This document shows, piece by piece, positions 20,663 to 29,047 of a stretch of 64,000 bases of DNA. Origin of the DNA: an uncultured Gemmatimonadales bacterium (GTDB lineage: Bacteria; Gemmatimonadota; Gemmatimonadetes; Gemmatimonadales; GWC2-71-9); the NCBI GenBank assembly GCA_963717315.1, contig CAVQWA010000009.1, forward strand, positions 720 through 64,719. Reading direction: 5' to 3'. Made by a program: the position numbers and the translations under genes. The notes beneath the pieces were generated by a model. That model worked only from the letters and a program-made list of their open reading frames with translations. It was not told the DNA's origin and ran no database searches. Numbering within the stretch: the stretch's first letter is position 1; each line of letters opens with the position of its first letter.

Positions 20663-21151
20663 ATGCCCGCGAACCCCGTGATGCCGACCCGGACCGACTC
20701 GTCCACGCCGCGCTCCGACGCCCGCGGCGCGATCGCGGGTCTGTTGACCGGGCTCGGGATCGCCCTGCTCCTGGCGGCACTGATCGACATCTCCGTGCTC
20801 TGGGCGATCCAGCGGGAACCGAATGCCCAGTCCGACTTCGCGGCGCTGACCACGACGCTCGACAACTTCTCGCTGGTCGTGATCGCGCTGGCCGCGCTCG
20901 GCGGAGCCATCCTGCTGCGGGATGGGGGTGTCGGCACCCTCCGGGTGCTCGGCGCGCTGTGCCTGATCGCCGGCGCCGTGGCCGGCTTCGTCGGGGTCCT
21001 CCTGTTGCTCGACTTCTTCCAGGTCCGCGGACTGATGCAGGGGCCGGCCCGCGCGCTCTTTCTCGCCACCGCGGCCAAGGGGCTGGCCCTGGCAGGGATC
21101 TACACCGTCTTCCTGGTGGCGGGGGGCGTCCGCGCGTTGCGCGGGCGTTGA
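20663..21151 (+). CDS. Small integral membrane protein (4 predicted TM), unknown function
   Basis: ATG 20663 preceded by GGAGG (20655-20659). Four hydrophobic segments. Confidence 0.55.
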   Translation: MPANPVMPTRTDSSTPRSDARGAIAGLLTGLGIALLLAALIDISVLWAIQREPNAQSDFAALTTTLDNFSLVVIALAALGGAILLRDGGVGTLRVLGALCLIAGAVAGFVGVLLLLDFFQVRGLMQGPARALFLATAAKGLALAGIYTVFLVAGGVRALRGR

Positions 21152-21158
21152 CCCGCCC

Positions 21159-22208
21159 TCAATGCCCCATCTCCGCGTGGTGCGGCGCGCCCCGCCGCAC
21201 CGTGGGGCGCGGGAGGGCCGGGTCGAAGTCCACCGCGCGCCCGCCCTGGTTGTTCGCCCCCATCCGCTCCCCCATCGCCCGCCATTCCGCGTGCGGCACG
21301 GTGTCGGTCGCGCCATCCCGGTAGCGCGCGGCCATCCGCAGGAGCTCGGCCCGCTTGCCCGAGGCCGGCACCCGGCCGGACGCGAGAATGTCCGAGACCA
21401 CGTCGTGCATCGCGTGGAGGTTGTCGAAGATCGCGGCTGCCCCGGGATAGCGGGCCGCGAAGCGGGGCGCCACCACCGAGGTCATCGGCATGAGGTACGG
21501 GAGCCCGTCGAGGCCGGCGTCCACCATCTGCCAGAACCGGCCCACCGCCTGCGCCACGCGCCGCTGCCGACCCGCCGGGTCGGCGTCCGCCATCAGGGCG
21601 TCGTAGAGCCCGACCTGTATCCAGTGGTAGGCCCAGATCAGGCCGTTGAACTTCGGGTACCGCTCGCGGAAGGCGAGCGAGTAGTCGTGACCCTCCATCA
21701 GCTCCAGCGACTTGGGCGTCGCGGCGAAGGCGAGGTCGGGCCGGGACCGATAGTGGCGGACCAGCTCCGCCACGGCGGCATCCTTGGCCCCCTCGCCCAG
21801 CCGTTCGTCCGCCCAGACGTCGTAGATCTGGCGGTGGAGGAGGTGGGCCCAGTCGAACATCAGCTTCACCTCCGGCACCAGCCGGGCGTACTCCACCTCG
21901 ATCGCCGACTCCTCGAGCGGGAGAGCGGGCGGGTTCCGGAGCACCGTGCCGACCAGGTGCCGGAACTCGCGCTCCTCCAGGAGCGATGGGTCGGCATCGG
22001 GGCGGGTCAGCAGGGTCTCGTAGAGGATCGCGTGCCCGTAATCGAAGCCGTTGAAGAGCCGGTCGGCCCCCGGGTACGCCCGGCGGAACGCCCAGTTGTG
22101 CCCCGCCTGCAGGTAGGCCTGCTCGTCGGTGGTGACCCACTGCGCCCGTGCCTCGCCGGCGCCGAGCGTGACGGCAAGGAGGACGAGCGCGAAGACGCGC
22201 GACCTCAT
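21159..22208 (-). CDS. Secreted alpha-helical His/Trp/Tyr-rich protein of unknown function (last gene of the copper operon)
   Basis: Start at MRSRVFALVLLAVTLGAGEARA (ATG 22208), which overlaps the upstream stop (ATGA). Repeated His motifs WAHLLHRQIY, YHWIQ, NLHAMHDV and a C-terminal HHAEMGH. No family recognised. Confidence 0.6.
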   Translation of the reverse strand: MRSRVFALVLLAVTLGAGEARAQWVTTDEQAYLQAGHNWAFRRAYPGADRLFNGFDYGHAILYETLLTRPDADPSLLEEREFRHLVGTVLRNPPALPLEESAIEVEYARLVPEVKLMFDWAHLLHRQIYDVWADERLGEGAKDAAVAELVRHYRSRPDLAFAATPKSLELMEGHDYSLAFRERYPKFNGLIWAYHWIQVGLYDALMADADPAGRQRRVAQAVGRFWQMVDAGLDGLPYLMPMTSVVAPRFAARYPGAAAIFDNLHAMHDVVSDILASGRVPASGKRAELLRMAARYRDGATDTVPHAEWRAMGERMGANNQGGRAVDFDPALPRPTVRRGAPHHAEMGH

Positions 22209-22990
22209 CGGGCACCCGCCCGGCTGCGCGCCAGCGCGGTCATCCAGCCGAGGCCCATCCGCAGGCCCCAACCCCGCGAGTCACCGCCCACCCGGTAGCG
22301 GACGCCCGCGTCCGCCACGAGGCGCGGGGTGAGCTGGCGCCGGCCACCGACGCCCACGTCCCAATCGAGCGCCGCGCCGTCCGCGAAGGCTTCGCCCACC
22401 AGGAGCTCGGCCCCGAGGAGGGTGGCTGCGAGCGGAAGCGCCCGGTCCACCGCCAGGCCAGCCCGCCACCGGTGCTGGTCGGCGTGGGCGGCGGCGGAGG
22501 GCCCGAAGGTCCCCGAGGCATTCAGGTGCACGCGGCTCCGGCCGAAGGTGCGGGTGAGGATGGCCCCCAGGGCCGTGAAGGCGGCGTCGGGCGCCTCCGA
22601 GCCGACGGGGAGGAGCACTTCGGCCTCGAGCGCGAGCGCCGGGATGCCGCGGGTCTCGACGTTGAGGGCGTGCATCACGCCCAGTTCGACGCCGGCCAGG
22701 CCGCCGCGCGAGTCGGGACCGTCCGACCAGGTCCAGGGGAGCCCGAGCTCGAATTCGGTCCGGGGCAGGAGCCCCGCCGTCACTGACGGCGCCAGGGTCC
22801 AGCCGTAGGCCCCACCCTCCCGCCGGGTCACGTCGAGCGGCGAGAACTGGAACTCCAGCGCCTTCCGCTCGAGCGCGCGGGCGTCGGTGACGTCGAACGG
22901 GTGCCCCCGGTCGAGGTTGTACCAGTCCTTCTGCGCGGCGGCGGGCACGGCCGTGGCCGCGAGGAGCACCACCGGGAGCAGCGCCCTCAT
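22205..22990 (-). CDS. Outer-membrane beta-barrel-like protein (MetA-pathway / transporter-type OMP)
   Basis: Signal peptide [20 protein letters not shown], alternating amphipathic beta-strand pattern, Gly/aromatic-rich. Start overlaps the csoR stop (ATGA). Confidence 0.55.
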   Translation of the reverse strand: MRALLPVVLLAATAVPAAAQKDWYNLDRGHPFDVTDARALERKALEFQFSPLDVTRREGGAYGWTLAPSVTAGLLPRTEFELGLPWTWSDGPDSRGGLAGVELGVMHALNVETRGIPALALEAEVLLPVGSEAPDAAFTALGAILTRTFGRSRVHLNASGTFGPSAAAHADQHRWRAGLAVDRALPLAATLLGAELLVGEAFADGAALDWDVGVGGRRQLTPRLVADAGVRYRVGGDSRGWGLRMGLGWMTALARSRAGAR

Positions 22991-23334
22991 CGCACGTGCT
23001 TGAACATCAGGTCCACCACCTCGTCGTACATCTGCCTCGCCTCGTCCCCGCCCTGCCGGATGGCGTGGCTGGCGCAGTGCTCGAGGTGGTTCTTCATCAG
23101 CGAGCGGGAGACGCCGCGCAGCGCCTCCTGCACCGAGGTGAGCTGCACCAGGATGTCGGCGCAGTAACGCTCCTCCTCGACCATCTTCTGGAGCCCGCGC
23201 ACCTGGCCCTCGATCCGGCGGAGCCGGTGCAGGTTCTTCTGCTTGAGCTCGGGGTCCACGCCGACCGCCTTCCGCCCGTCCGGCCCCACTTCGTGCGAGG
23301 CGCCGCAGCCGCAGGTGATCGTCTCGTCGCTCAT
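22987..23334 (-). CDS. csoR: CsoR/RcnR-family metal-sensing transcriptional repressor
   Basis: DUF156 core [38 protein letters not shown]...HLEHC, which carries the C-H-C ligand pattern. Has a Cys-rich N-terminal extension CGCGASH. Confidence 0.9.
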   Translation of the reverse strand: MSDETITCGCGASHEVGPDGRKAVGVDPELKQKNLHRLRRIEGQVRGLQKMVEEERYCADILVQLTSVQEALRGVSRSLMKNHLEHCASHAIRQGGDEARQMYDEVVDLMFKHVR

Positions 23335-25653
23335 CGCGTCCCTCCCTCGAAGCCCCGGAGCCTGAGGCTGTTGCTGACCACGCTGACCGAGCTGAACGCC
23401 ATCGCGGCGGAGGCGAGAATGGGGCTCAGCAGCAGGCCGAACGCCGGGTAGAGCACCCCCGCCGCCACGGGGATGCCGATCATGTTGTAGATGAGGGCCC
23501 AGAACAGGTTCTGGCGCATCGTCCCCATCGTGCGGCGTGAGAGCCCGAGCGCATCGGCGAGCGCGTGCAGGTCGTCGCGGAGCAGGGTGATGTCGGCGGC
23601 ATCCGCCGCCACGTCAGCGCCGGCGCCCATCGCCACGCCCACGTCGGCCTGGGCGAGCGCCGGCGCGTCGTTCACGCCGTCGCCCACCATCGCCACCACG
23701 CGGCCCTCGGCCTGGGCCCGCTTCACGTAGTCCACCTTGCCCTTCGGGCAGTACCTCGGACTCGACCGCGTCGATCCCCGCCTCGCGGGCGATCGCCGCG
23801 GCCGCGCCCCGGCGGTCGCCGGTGAGCATCGCCACCCGGAGGCCGAGCCGGTGGAGCCGCTCCACCGCAGCTCGGCTGGTCGGCTTGAGCCGGTCGGCGA
23901 GTGCGATGGCCCCGCGGGCCTTCCCGTCCACCGCCACCAGCACCGGCGTGGCGCCCGCCGCGGCAAACCGCTCGGCGGCCTCGAGCGCGCCGCCCGGCGC
24001 CACGCCCTCCGATTCGAGCAGCTTCGCGGTGCCCACCAGCACCCGCCGGCCGGCCACATCCCCCACCGCCCCGAAGCCGGCCCGCGCCTCGAAGCGCTCC
24101 GGTTCCGGCAGGTCCAGTCCGCGCTCCCCGGCCCAGGCGACGATGGCTCGGGCGAGCGGATGCTCCGAGCCGCGCTCGAGCCCCGCGGCAAGCCGTGCGG
24201 CCTCGTCATCGAGCTCGGCACCCGTCACCCGCGGCTTCCCCTCGGTGAGGGTGCCGGTCTTGTCGAGCACCACCGTATCCACGTCGGCCGCGCGCTGCAG
24301 CGGCTCGCCGCCCTTGATCAGGACCCCCAGCTCCGCGCCCCGGCCGGTGGCGACCATCACCGCCGTCGGCACCGCCAGGCCCATCGCACAGGGACAGGCG
24401 ATGATGAGCACCGCCACCGCGGCCGTGAGGGCGCGCACCGGGTCGTCGCCGATGATGGTCCAGGCCACGAAGGTGGCGACCGCGATCGAAACCACGGCCG
24501 GGACGAACACCGCCGAGATCCGGTCGGCCAGCCCCTGGATCGGCGCGCGCGATCCCTGCGCCTCGCGCATAAGCGCCACGATCCGGCCCAGCGCGCTGTC
24601 GGCGCCGAGGGCCGTGGCGCGGATCCGGATCGCGCCAGACTGATTGAGCGTGCCCGTGCTCACCCGGCTTCCCGGCGCCTTGTCCACCGGGATGCTCTCG
24701 CCGGTGAGCACCGACTCGTCCACCGCGCTCGTGCCCGAGAGCACCTCGCCGTCCACCGGCATCCGCTCGCCGGGCCGGACGAGGATCGTGTCGCCCCGCC
24801 GGACCTGGGGGAGCGGCACGGCCACCTCGCGGCCGTCGCGCACCACGGTGGCCTCGAGCGGCTGCAGCGCCGCCAGCCCGCGGAGCGCCTCGGCGGTGCG
24901 CCGCTTGGCCCGTGCCTCGAAGGCGTTCCCGAGGAGCACCAGCGCCACGATGATGATCACCGCCTCGTAATACACGTCCGGCGCCACGCCCCGGGCCGCG
25001 AACCACCCCGGCGCCAGCGTCACGGCGGCGGAGAAGAGGAACGCGGCGCCGGTGCCCACCGCCACGAGCGTGTCCATCGTGGCGGAGTGGTGCCGGAATG
25101 CGGCCCAGGCGTTGACGTAGAAATGGCGGCCGGCCCAGACCATTACCACCAGCGTGAGGGCGAGCAGCGTCCAGCGGAGGGCGCCGTGGGGAACGGCGTA
25201 GAGCCAGGGGATGGCGCCCCGGAGCGAGGGCTCGAGCGTCTGCATCACCCAGTTCATCACCGGGTCGGTGGAGCCGTGCGGCCCCGCGCCCATCAGGGGC
25301 ATCGAGAGCAGCATCGCCACCGCGCCGATGGCGAGGCTCACCAGGGAGCGGAACCGGAGCCGGTGGTACTCCTCCTCGCGCGAGCGATCCTGCGCCTCCT
25401 GCTCGTCGAAGGCGCTGCGCTCGGCGGAGGGGAGCTCGGCCTCGTACCCGGCGCTCCGGACCGTCTCCACCAGGGCCTCGGGGGAGACGGCCGCGGGGTC
25501 GAAGGCGACCGTCGCCTGCTCGGTCATCAGGTTCACGTTGGCGTCGCGGACGCCGGGGGCCTGCTGGAGCGCCTGCTGGACCCGGGCCTGGCAGGAGGCG
25601 CAGTGCATCCCGGTGACGGGGAAGGTGATCCGCTCCTCGGTGTGCGTGGTCAT
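23331..25653 (-). pseudogene. copA: Copper-translocating P1B-type ATPase CopA, reading frame broken by a single-base insertion
   Basis: HMA domain [11 protein letters not shown] motif ([11 protein letters not shown]) and DKTGTLT lie in the frame of ORF 23614..25653. [16 protein letters not shown] and the last TM helices lie in the frame of ORF 23331..24221. The switch is at ...EVLPEG|KVDYVK, where the coding strand reads GAAGGGCAAG instead of GAAGGCAAG (plus-strand CCC 23740-23742). Confidence 0.75.
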
Positions 25654-25659
25654 CGTGGG

Positions 25660-26040
25660 CTACTCGGCGATGAGCCGCCCGCGGAGCATGTTCATGCCGC
25701 AGGTGAACTCGTAGGTGCCGGGCGCGGCCGGCGTGATCTCGATGGGGGTGCGCGCGAACGGCTCGAGGAACTTCCGCACGCCGAAGTCGGGGAACACCAC
25801 TTCCTCCGAGCAGCTCGCGTCCTCCTGGCGGTCGAAGACCAGCCGGACCGGCTGGCCGGCGCGGACCCGGATGGAGCCGGGGTCGTACCCGCCGCGGACG
25901 GCGACGACGATCTCCTGGAGGCCGCCCGCCGGGGCGGCCGCGGCCGCCACCGGGGTGCGCCCGGCGCGGAAGAACCACCAGTAGACGAAGGTGATGGCGG
26001 TGAACCCGCCGAAGAGGACCAGCCAGTCGGTGCCGTTCAT
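25660..26040 (-). CDS. Membrane-anchored cupredoxin-like domain protein (Cupredoxin_1 type), first gene of the copper operon
   Basis: N-terminal TM helix WLVLFGGFTAITFVYWWFF, then a cupredoxin-like fold ending EFTCGMNMLRG. Confidence 0.7.
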   Translation of the reverse strand: MNGTDWLVLFGGFTAITFVYWWFFRAGRTPVAAAAAPAGGLQEIVVAVRGGYDPGSIRVRAGQPVRLVFDRQEDASCSEEVVFPDFGVRKFLEPFARTPIEITPAAPGTYEFTCGMNMLRGRLIAE

Positions 26041-26090
26041 ACGACCCCCAGGGATGCCTGAGGGCCGAATCTATATACCCCCTCCCCCTA

Positions 26091-26124
26091 TGTCAAGCTC
26101 CGGGATCGAACGCGAGACCTCCTG
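26091..26124 (-). other. Decayed tRNA 3'-half-like fragment (anticodon-stem 3' strand, variable loop, T-arm)
   Basis: The minus strand reads CAGGAGGTCTCGCGTTCGATCCCGGAGCTTGACA. It matches 25 of 34 positions of the same part of tRNA-Ala at 35100-35133, including CAGGAGGTC and TTCGATCCCGG. The T-stem no longer pairs and no 5' half is present. Confidence 0.55.
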
Positions 26125-29008
26125 CTACGGGCTTCGAGCGGCGATGTCCCGCACCTCGGACGCCTGCCACAGCCCGTTGGGAGTCGGGACAGGAGGTAGC
26201 GGGCCAGTACTTGGTCTCGGCGACGGTACCCAAGGCGGTTGCCGGCCGCAGGTGAATCGTGCACTGCCCAGAGGGCTCCTCGATCACCGATGTCGCGACA
26301 ATCCTCCCTTCATCGCCGTGGAACGGGCCACCGAGCCGGACGCCCGGGACCAGGACATCCTGGTGCGGCCCGGTGATGGTCAGGGTGGAGTCCGCGTTCA
26401 CCGCCACCCGAAACTCGAGCAGGCGAGAACTCCACGGTCCGTTCGGAGCCCCGAGCCGCTCGAGCGCGACCAGCCGCGACCCGTCGGGGGAGAGGTCCCA
26501 CGCCGGCGTGGAGATCGGGGTGAACCGGGTGGACGCACCGGTCCGCAGGTCGAAGAGCAGCCCGTGGTAGAAGAGGTACCGCCCCTGGGGATGCAGGTGG
26601 ACGTCATCCGGCCAGACGTACGCCGCCCCGCCGGTCGAATCGGTCAGCAACACGGAGGAGAGCAGGCCCCCGGTGGCCTGGGAGTAGAGGTCAATGAAGT
26701 AGGCCGTGAGGGTCGGGCGCTGCAGGACGAAGACGTCGTCTCCGTCGAACCGCGCGGACTGGTTGTTCCAGGTCCGGAGCCGGGCCCCGAGCGGGTCAAA
26801 CGTCGCAACGGAATGATCGCGACCATTCAGTGAATCCTCGTTCAGGTGGACCGAAAGCTGCCGCCCCCCAGGCGCCACGGAGATCCTGGCCGGGTACCAC
26901 TGGGCGTGGGCAATAGGGGTGGTCCGCACGATCTCGAAATCCCGCAGCACGGAGAACGACACCGGGGGATTGGCGAGCACCTGCTGCCCGCAGAGGGGGT
27001 TGTCGCCCCGGTCCTGGGAAAGGAGCTGGAGGGCGCCGTAGGCATCAAGCTGGTACACCGGTTCCGGGAAACCCTGCACCGGCGTGCGGGGCACGAGCAG
27101 CCCCGTCACCGAGTCCCGGATCGCGACCCGGCTCCCGCGCTCCAGGTAGTCCACCAGCTGGGCCGGTGAGAGTGACGGGTCCCGCGCCAGGAGCAGGGCC
27201 GCGGTCCCGGCGACCAACGGCGCTGCGAACGATGTGCCATTCCCAAAGGCGAGCGTCCCTGTGGTCGTGGCGGCCCATACCCCCTTGGCAGGAGCCGCAA
27301 GGCCCGTATGGCCCAGGTAGAATCCCGAACCCACATTGCCATCGTCCCAGGCCACGTTGCCGGGCGACGTGCCCGCAACAAACAGGATGCGGTCGGCGTA
27401 TCCCGCGGCGCGAAGCTCCAGCAGAGCGCGATCCATGGCCGCACTGCGGATCGGCTGCGCCCGCAGGTTCGCCAGGCTCCGATTGAGCCGCTCATTGCCA
27501 GTTGTCTGAACCCAAAGCAAACCCGGGACGCTATCGAACAGTCTTGCGAGGCCCGCACGGAGGTATTCCACCGCGACCGTATCGTTGCTAAGACCGATCC
27601 CGATCGTGCTTACGACCACCCGGGGGGACTCGCCGGCCAATCGCGGGAGAATCCCGTTCACCAGTGCCGTCCCTGCCGTCCCGGTCTCGACATAGTTGCG
27701 GGCGCCGATGCCGAGTGCGCGCAACCGACCTCCCCAAACCATGCCGGCAATGCCCAGCATATTGTCTGCCCGGGAGCCCGCCAACGAAGCCACGGCCGCG
27801 GCATGGCCCACCCAGAAGAGTGAGTCGGCAGAGAGGCCGATCGTCCGTTGCTGGCTCGATACTTCCTGCCCCCCAGGCGGGAAGGGGACCCTTGCCGCAG
27901 AGTAATCCACCAGGTCCGGCGGGACGGCACTCGTGGGCACCTCGGCTTCGAGCAAGTGGATCGCGGGCGGAGCAGAACCTGGATACTGGCCGTTCTCGCA
28001 CGCCCAAGCCTGCGGCGCACGGATCGCAGAGGGCGCCCAGAGTTCGGCGACGCCGTCGATCCAGGCCTGCCTCGTGAAGCCACCATCAGAGGGGAATCTC
28101 CCGTCCACCCTTCCCACCCCACCGCGACGCGTCATCGGACCTGCGACCCGCACAATGGGTTCACCATGGAGTGAATCGAGGAGGGCTTTGACGTCCGTCC
28201 AAGTGGGCCCCGGATCGGGGAACCTGAGGATGAAGAGGCGGGCGAACGAACTCCCACCGGCGAGGCTCGCACCGTACTTCTCCAGCAGTGCGCGGAAGGC
28301 AGTTCCGTCCGCCTCCGGCCGGAGCCAGATGCCGATCATCCGCCGGTAGTAGTCGTAACCCGGCGCAAGCGAGTCCTCGATCACAAACAGGGATTCCGCG
28401 GCGAACGTCATCTGGTCGTGGATGATGGGCAGCGCCGAATCAGGCAGCTCCGCCCGGATCTCGAACGAGATCCTGGCCGCGGTGGTCTTGTTGGGCACGA
28501 TGAGTTGCAGCGTCCGGATCGGGGTCGAGTCGCCGGGGATCGTGCCCCCATTCTCGAGGAGAGTCCAGAATGCCGCACCGGCGTCCGCCCCACCGGCTCC
28601 CCCGACGCTGTCCGCGTTCGCTTCCACCACCCGTGCCGTGACGGTGCTCGGCGCCGTGACCACCCCCGAGTCCCTCGGCAGCACCACGAGGATCGGCGCG
28701 TCCCGCCCGCCCGGCCCCCGGTTCACCACCCGCACGGGGATGCTCACCTTCCGCTGGTTCTTGACGTACCCCACGGCCCCCGCGCCGACCAGCGCGAGCC
28801 CGGTGGCGCAGCCCGAGTCCGCGGCGAAACTGGCCTGGGCCGTGGTCCCCCCGACGATCTGCACGTGCACCCGGGTGCACGGGCCCGCCGAGCCGACGGC
28901 GAGCATCGGCGCGGGCCGCAGGGTGTCCTGCCGCGGGCCGATGGGATCGGGCCCGGTGCAGCTCAACGACCCCAGCAGCGAAATGAATCCGACGAGGCAG
29001 GTGGTCAT
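26093..29008 (-). CDS. Subtilase (peptidase S8)-like lipoprotein, tandem copy 1: signal peptide, Ig-like region, I9-like propeptide, S8 domain, beta-propeller-like C-terminus
   Basis: GGAGGG RBS 5 nt before ATG 29008. Signal MTTCLVGFISLLGSLSC. S8 blocks VGHAAAVASLAG (His), VQTTGNER (Asn) and GTSFAAPLVAGTAALLLARDP (Ser). The C-terminal tail is one base out of frame relative to copies 2 and 3 (extra base near 26181-26185). Confidence 0.85.
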   Translation of the reverse strand: MTTCLVGFISLLGSLSCTGPDPIGPRQDTLRPAPMLAVGSAGPCTRVHVQIVGGTTAQASFAADSGCATGLALVGAGAVGYVKNQRKVSIPVRVVNRGPGGRDAPILVVLPRDSGVVTAPSTVTARVVEANADSVGGAGGADAGAAFWTLLENGGTIPGDSTPIRTLQLIVPNKTTAARISFEIRAELPDSALPIIHDQMTFAAESLFVIEDSLAPGYDYYRRMIGIWLRPEADGTAFRALLEKYGASLAGGSSFARLFILRFPDPGPTWTDVKALLDSLHGEPIVRVAGPMTRRGGVGRVDGRFPSDGGFTRQAWIDGVAELWAPSAIRAPQAWACENGQYPGSAPPAIHLLEAEVPTSAVPPDLVDYSAARVPFPPGGQEVSSQQRTIGLSADSLFWVGHAAAVASLAGSRADNMLGIAGMVWGGRLRALGIGARNYVETGTAGTALVNGILPRLAGESPRVVVSTIGIGLSNDTVAVEYLRAGLARLFDSVPGLLWVQTTGNERLNRSLANLRAQPIRSAAMDRALLELRAAGYADRILFVAGTSPGNVAWDDGNVGSGFYLGHTGLAAPAKGVWAATTTGTLAFGNGTSFAAPLVAGTAALLLARDPSLSPAQLVDYLERGSRVAIRDSVTGLLVPRTPVQGFPEPVYQLDAYGALQLLSQDRGDNPLCGQQVLANPPVSFSVLRDFEIVRTTPIAHAQWYPARISVAPGGRQLSVHLNEDSLNGRDHSVATFDPLGARLRTWNNQSARFDGDDVFVLQRPTLTAYFIDLYSQATGGLLSSVLLTDSTGGAAYVWPDDVHLHPQGRYLFYHGLLFDLRTGASTRFTPISTPAWDLSPDGSRLVALERLGAPNGPWSSRLLEFRVAVNADSTLTITGPHQDVLVPGVRLGGPFHGDEGRIVATSVIEEPSGQCTIHLRPATALGTVAETKYWPATSCPDSQRAVAGVRGAGHRRSKPVAGGLAFDPGA

Positions 29009-29047
29009 CAGCCCTCCAGTGGGGAGACGACGAGGGTGCCCGGCGTC

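Noticed and set aside
23331-25653. Programmed ribosomal frameshift in copA, as in the E. coli CopA(Z) case
   Set aside because: The E. coli event occurs just after the first metal-binding domain and yields a small chaperone. Here the frame change lies between DKTGT and GDGVNDAP, with no slippery heptamer that I can see. A single extra G/C in a short homopolymer is the simpler explanation: mutation or sequencing error.
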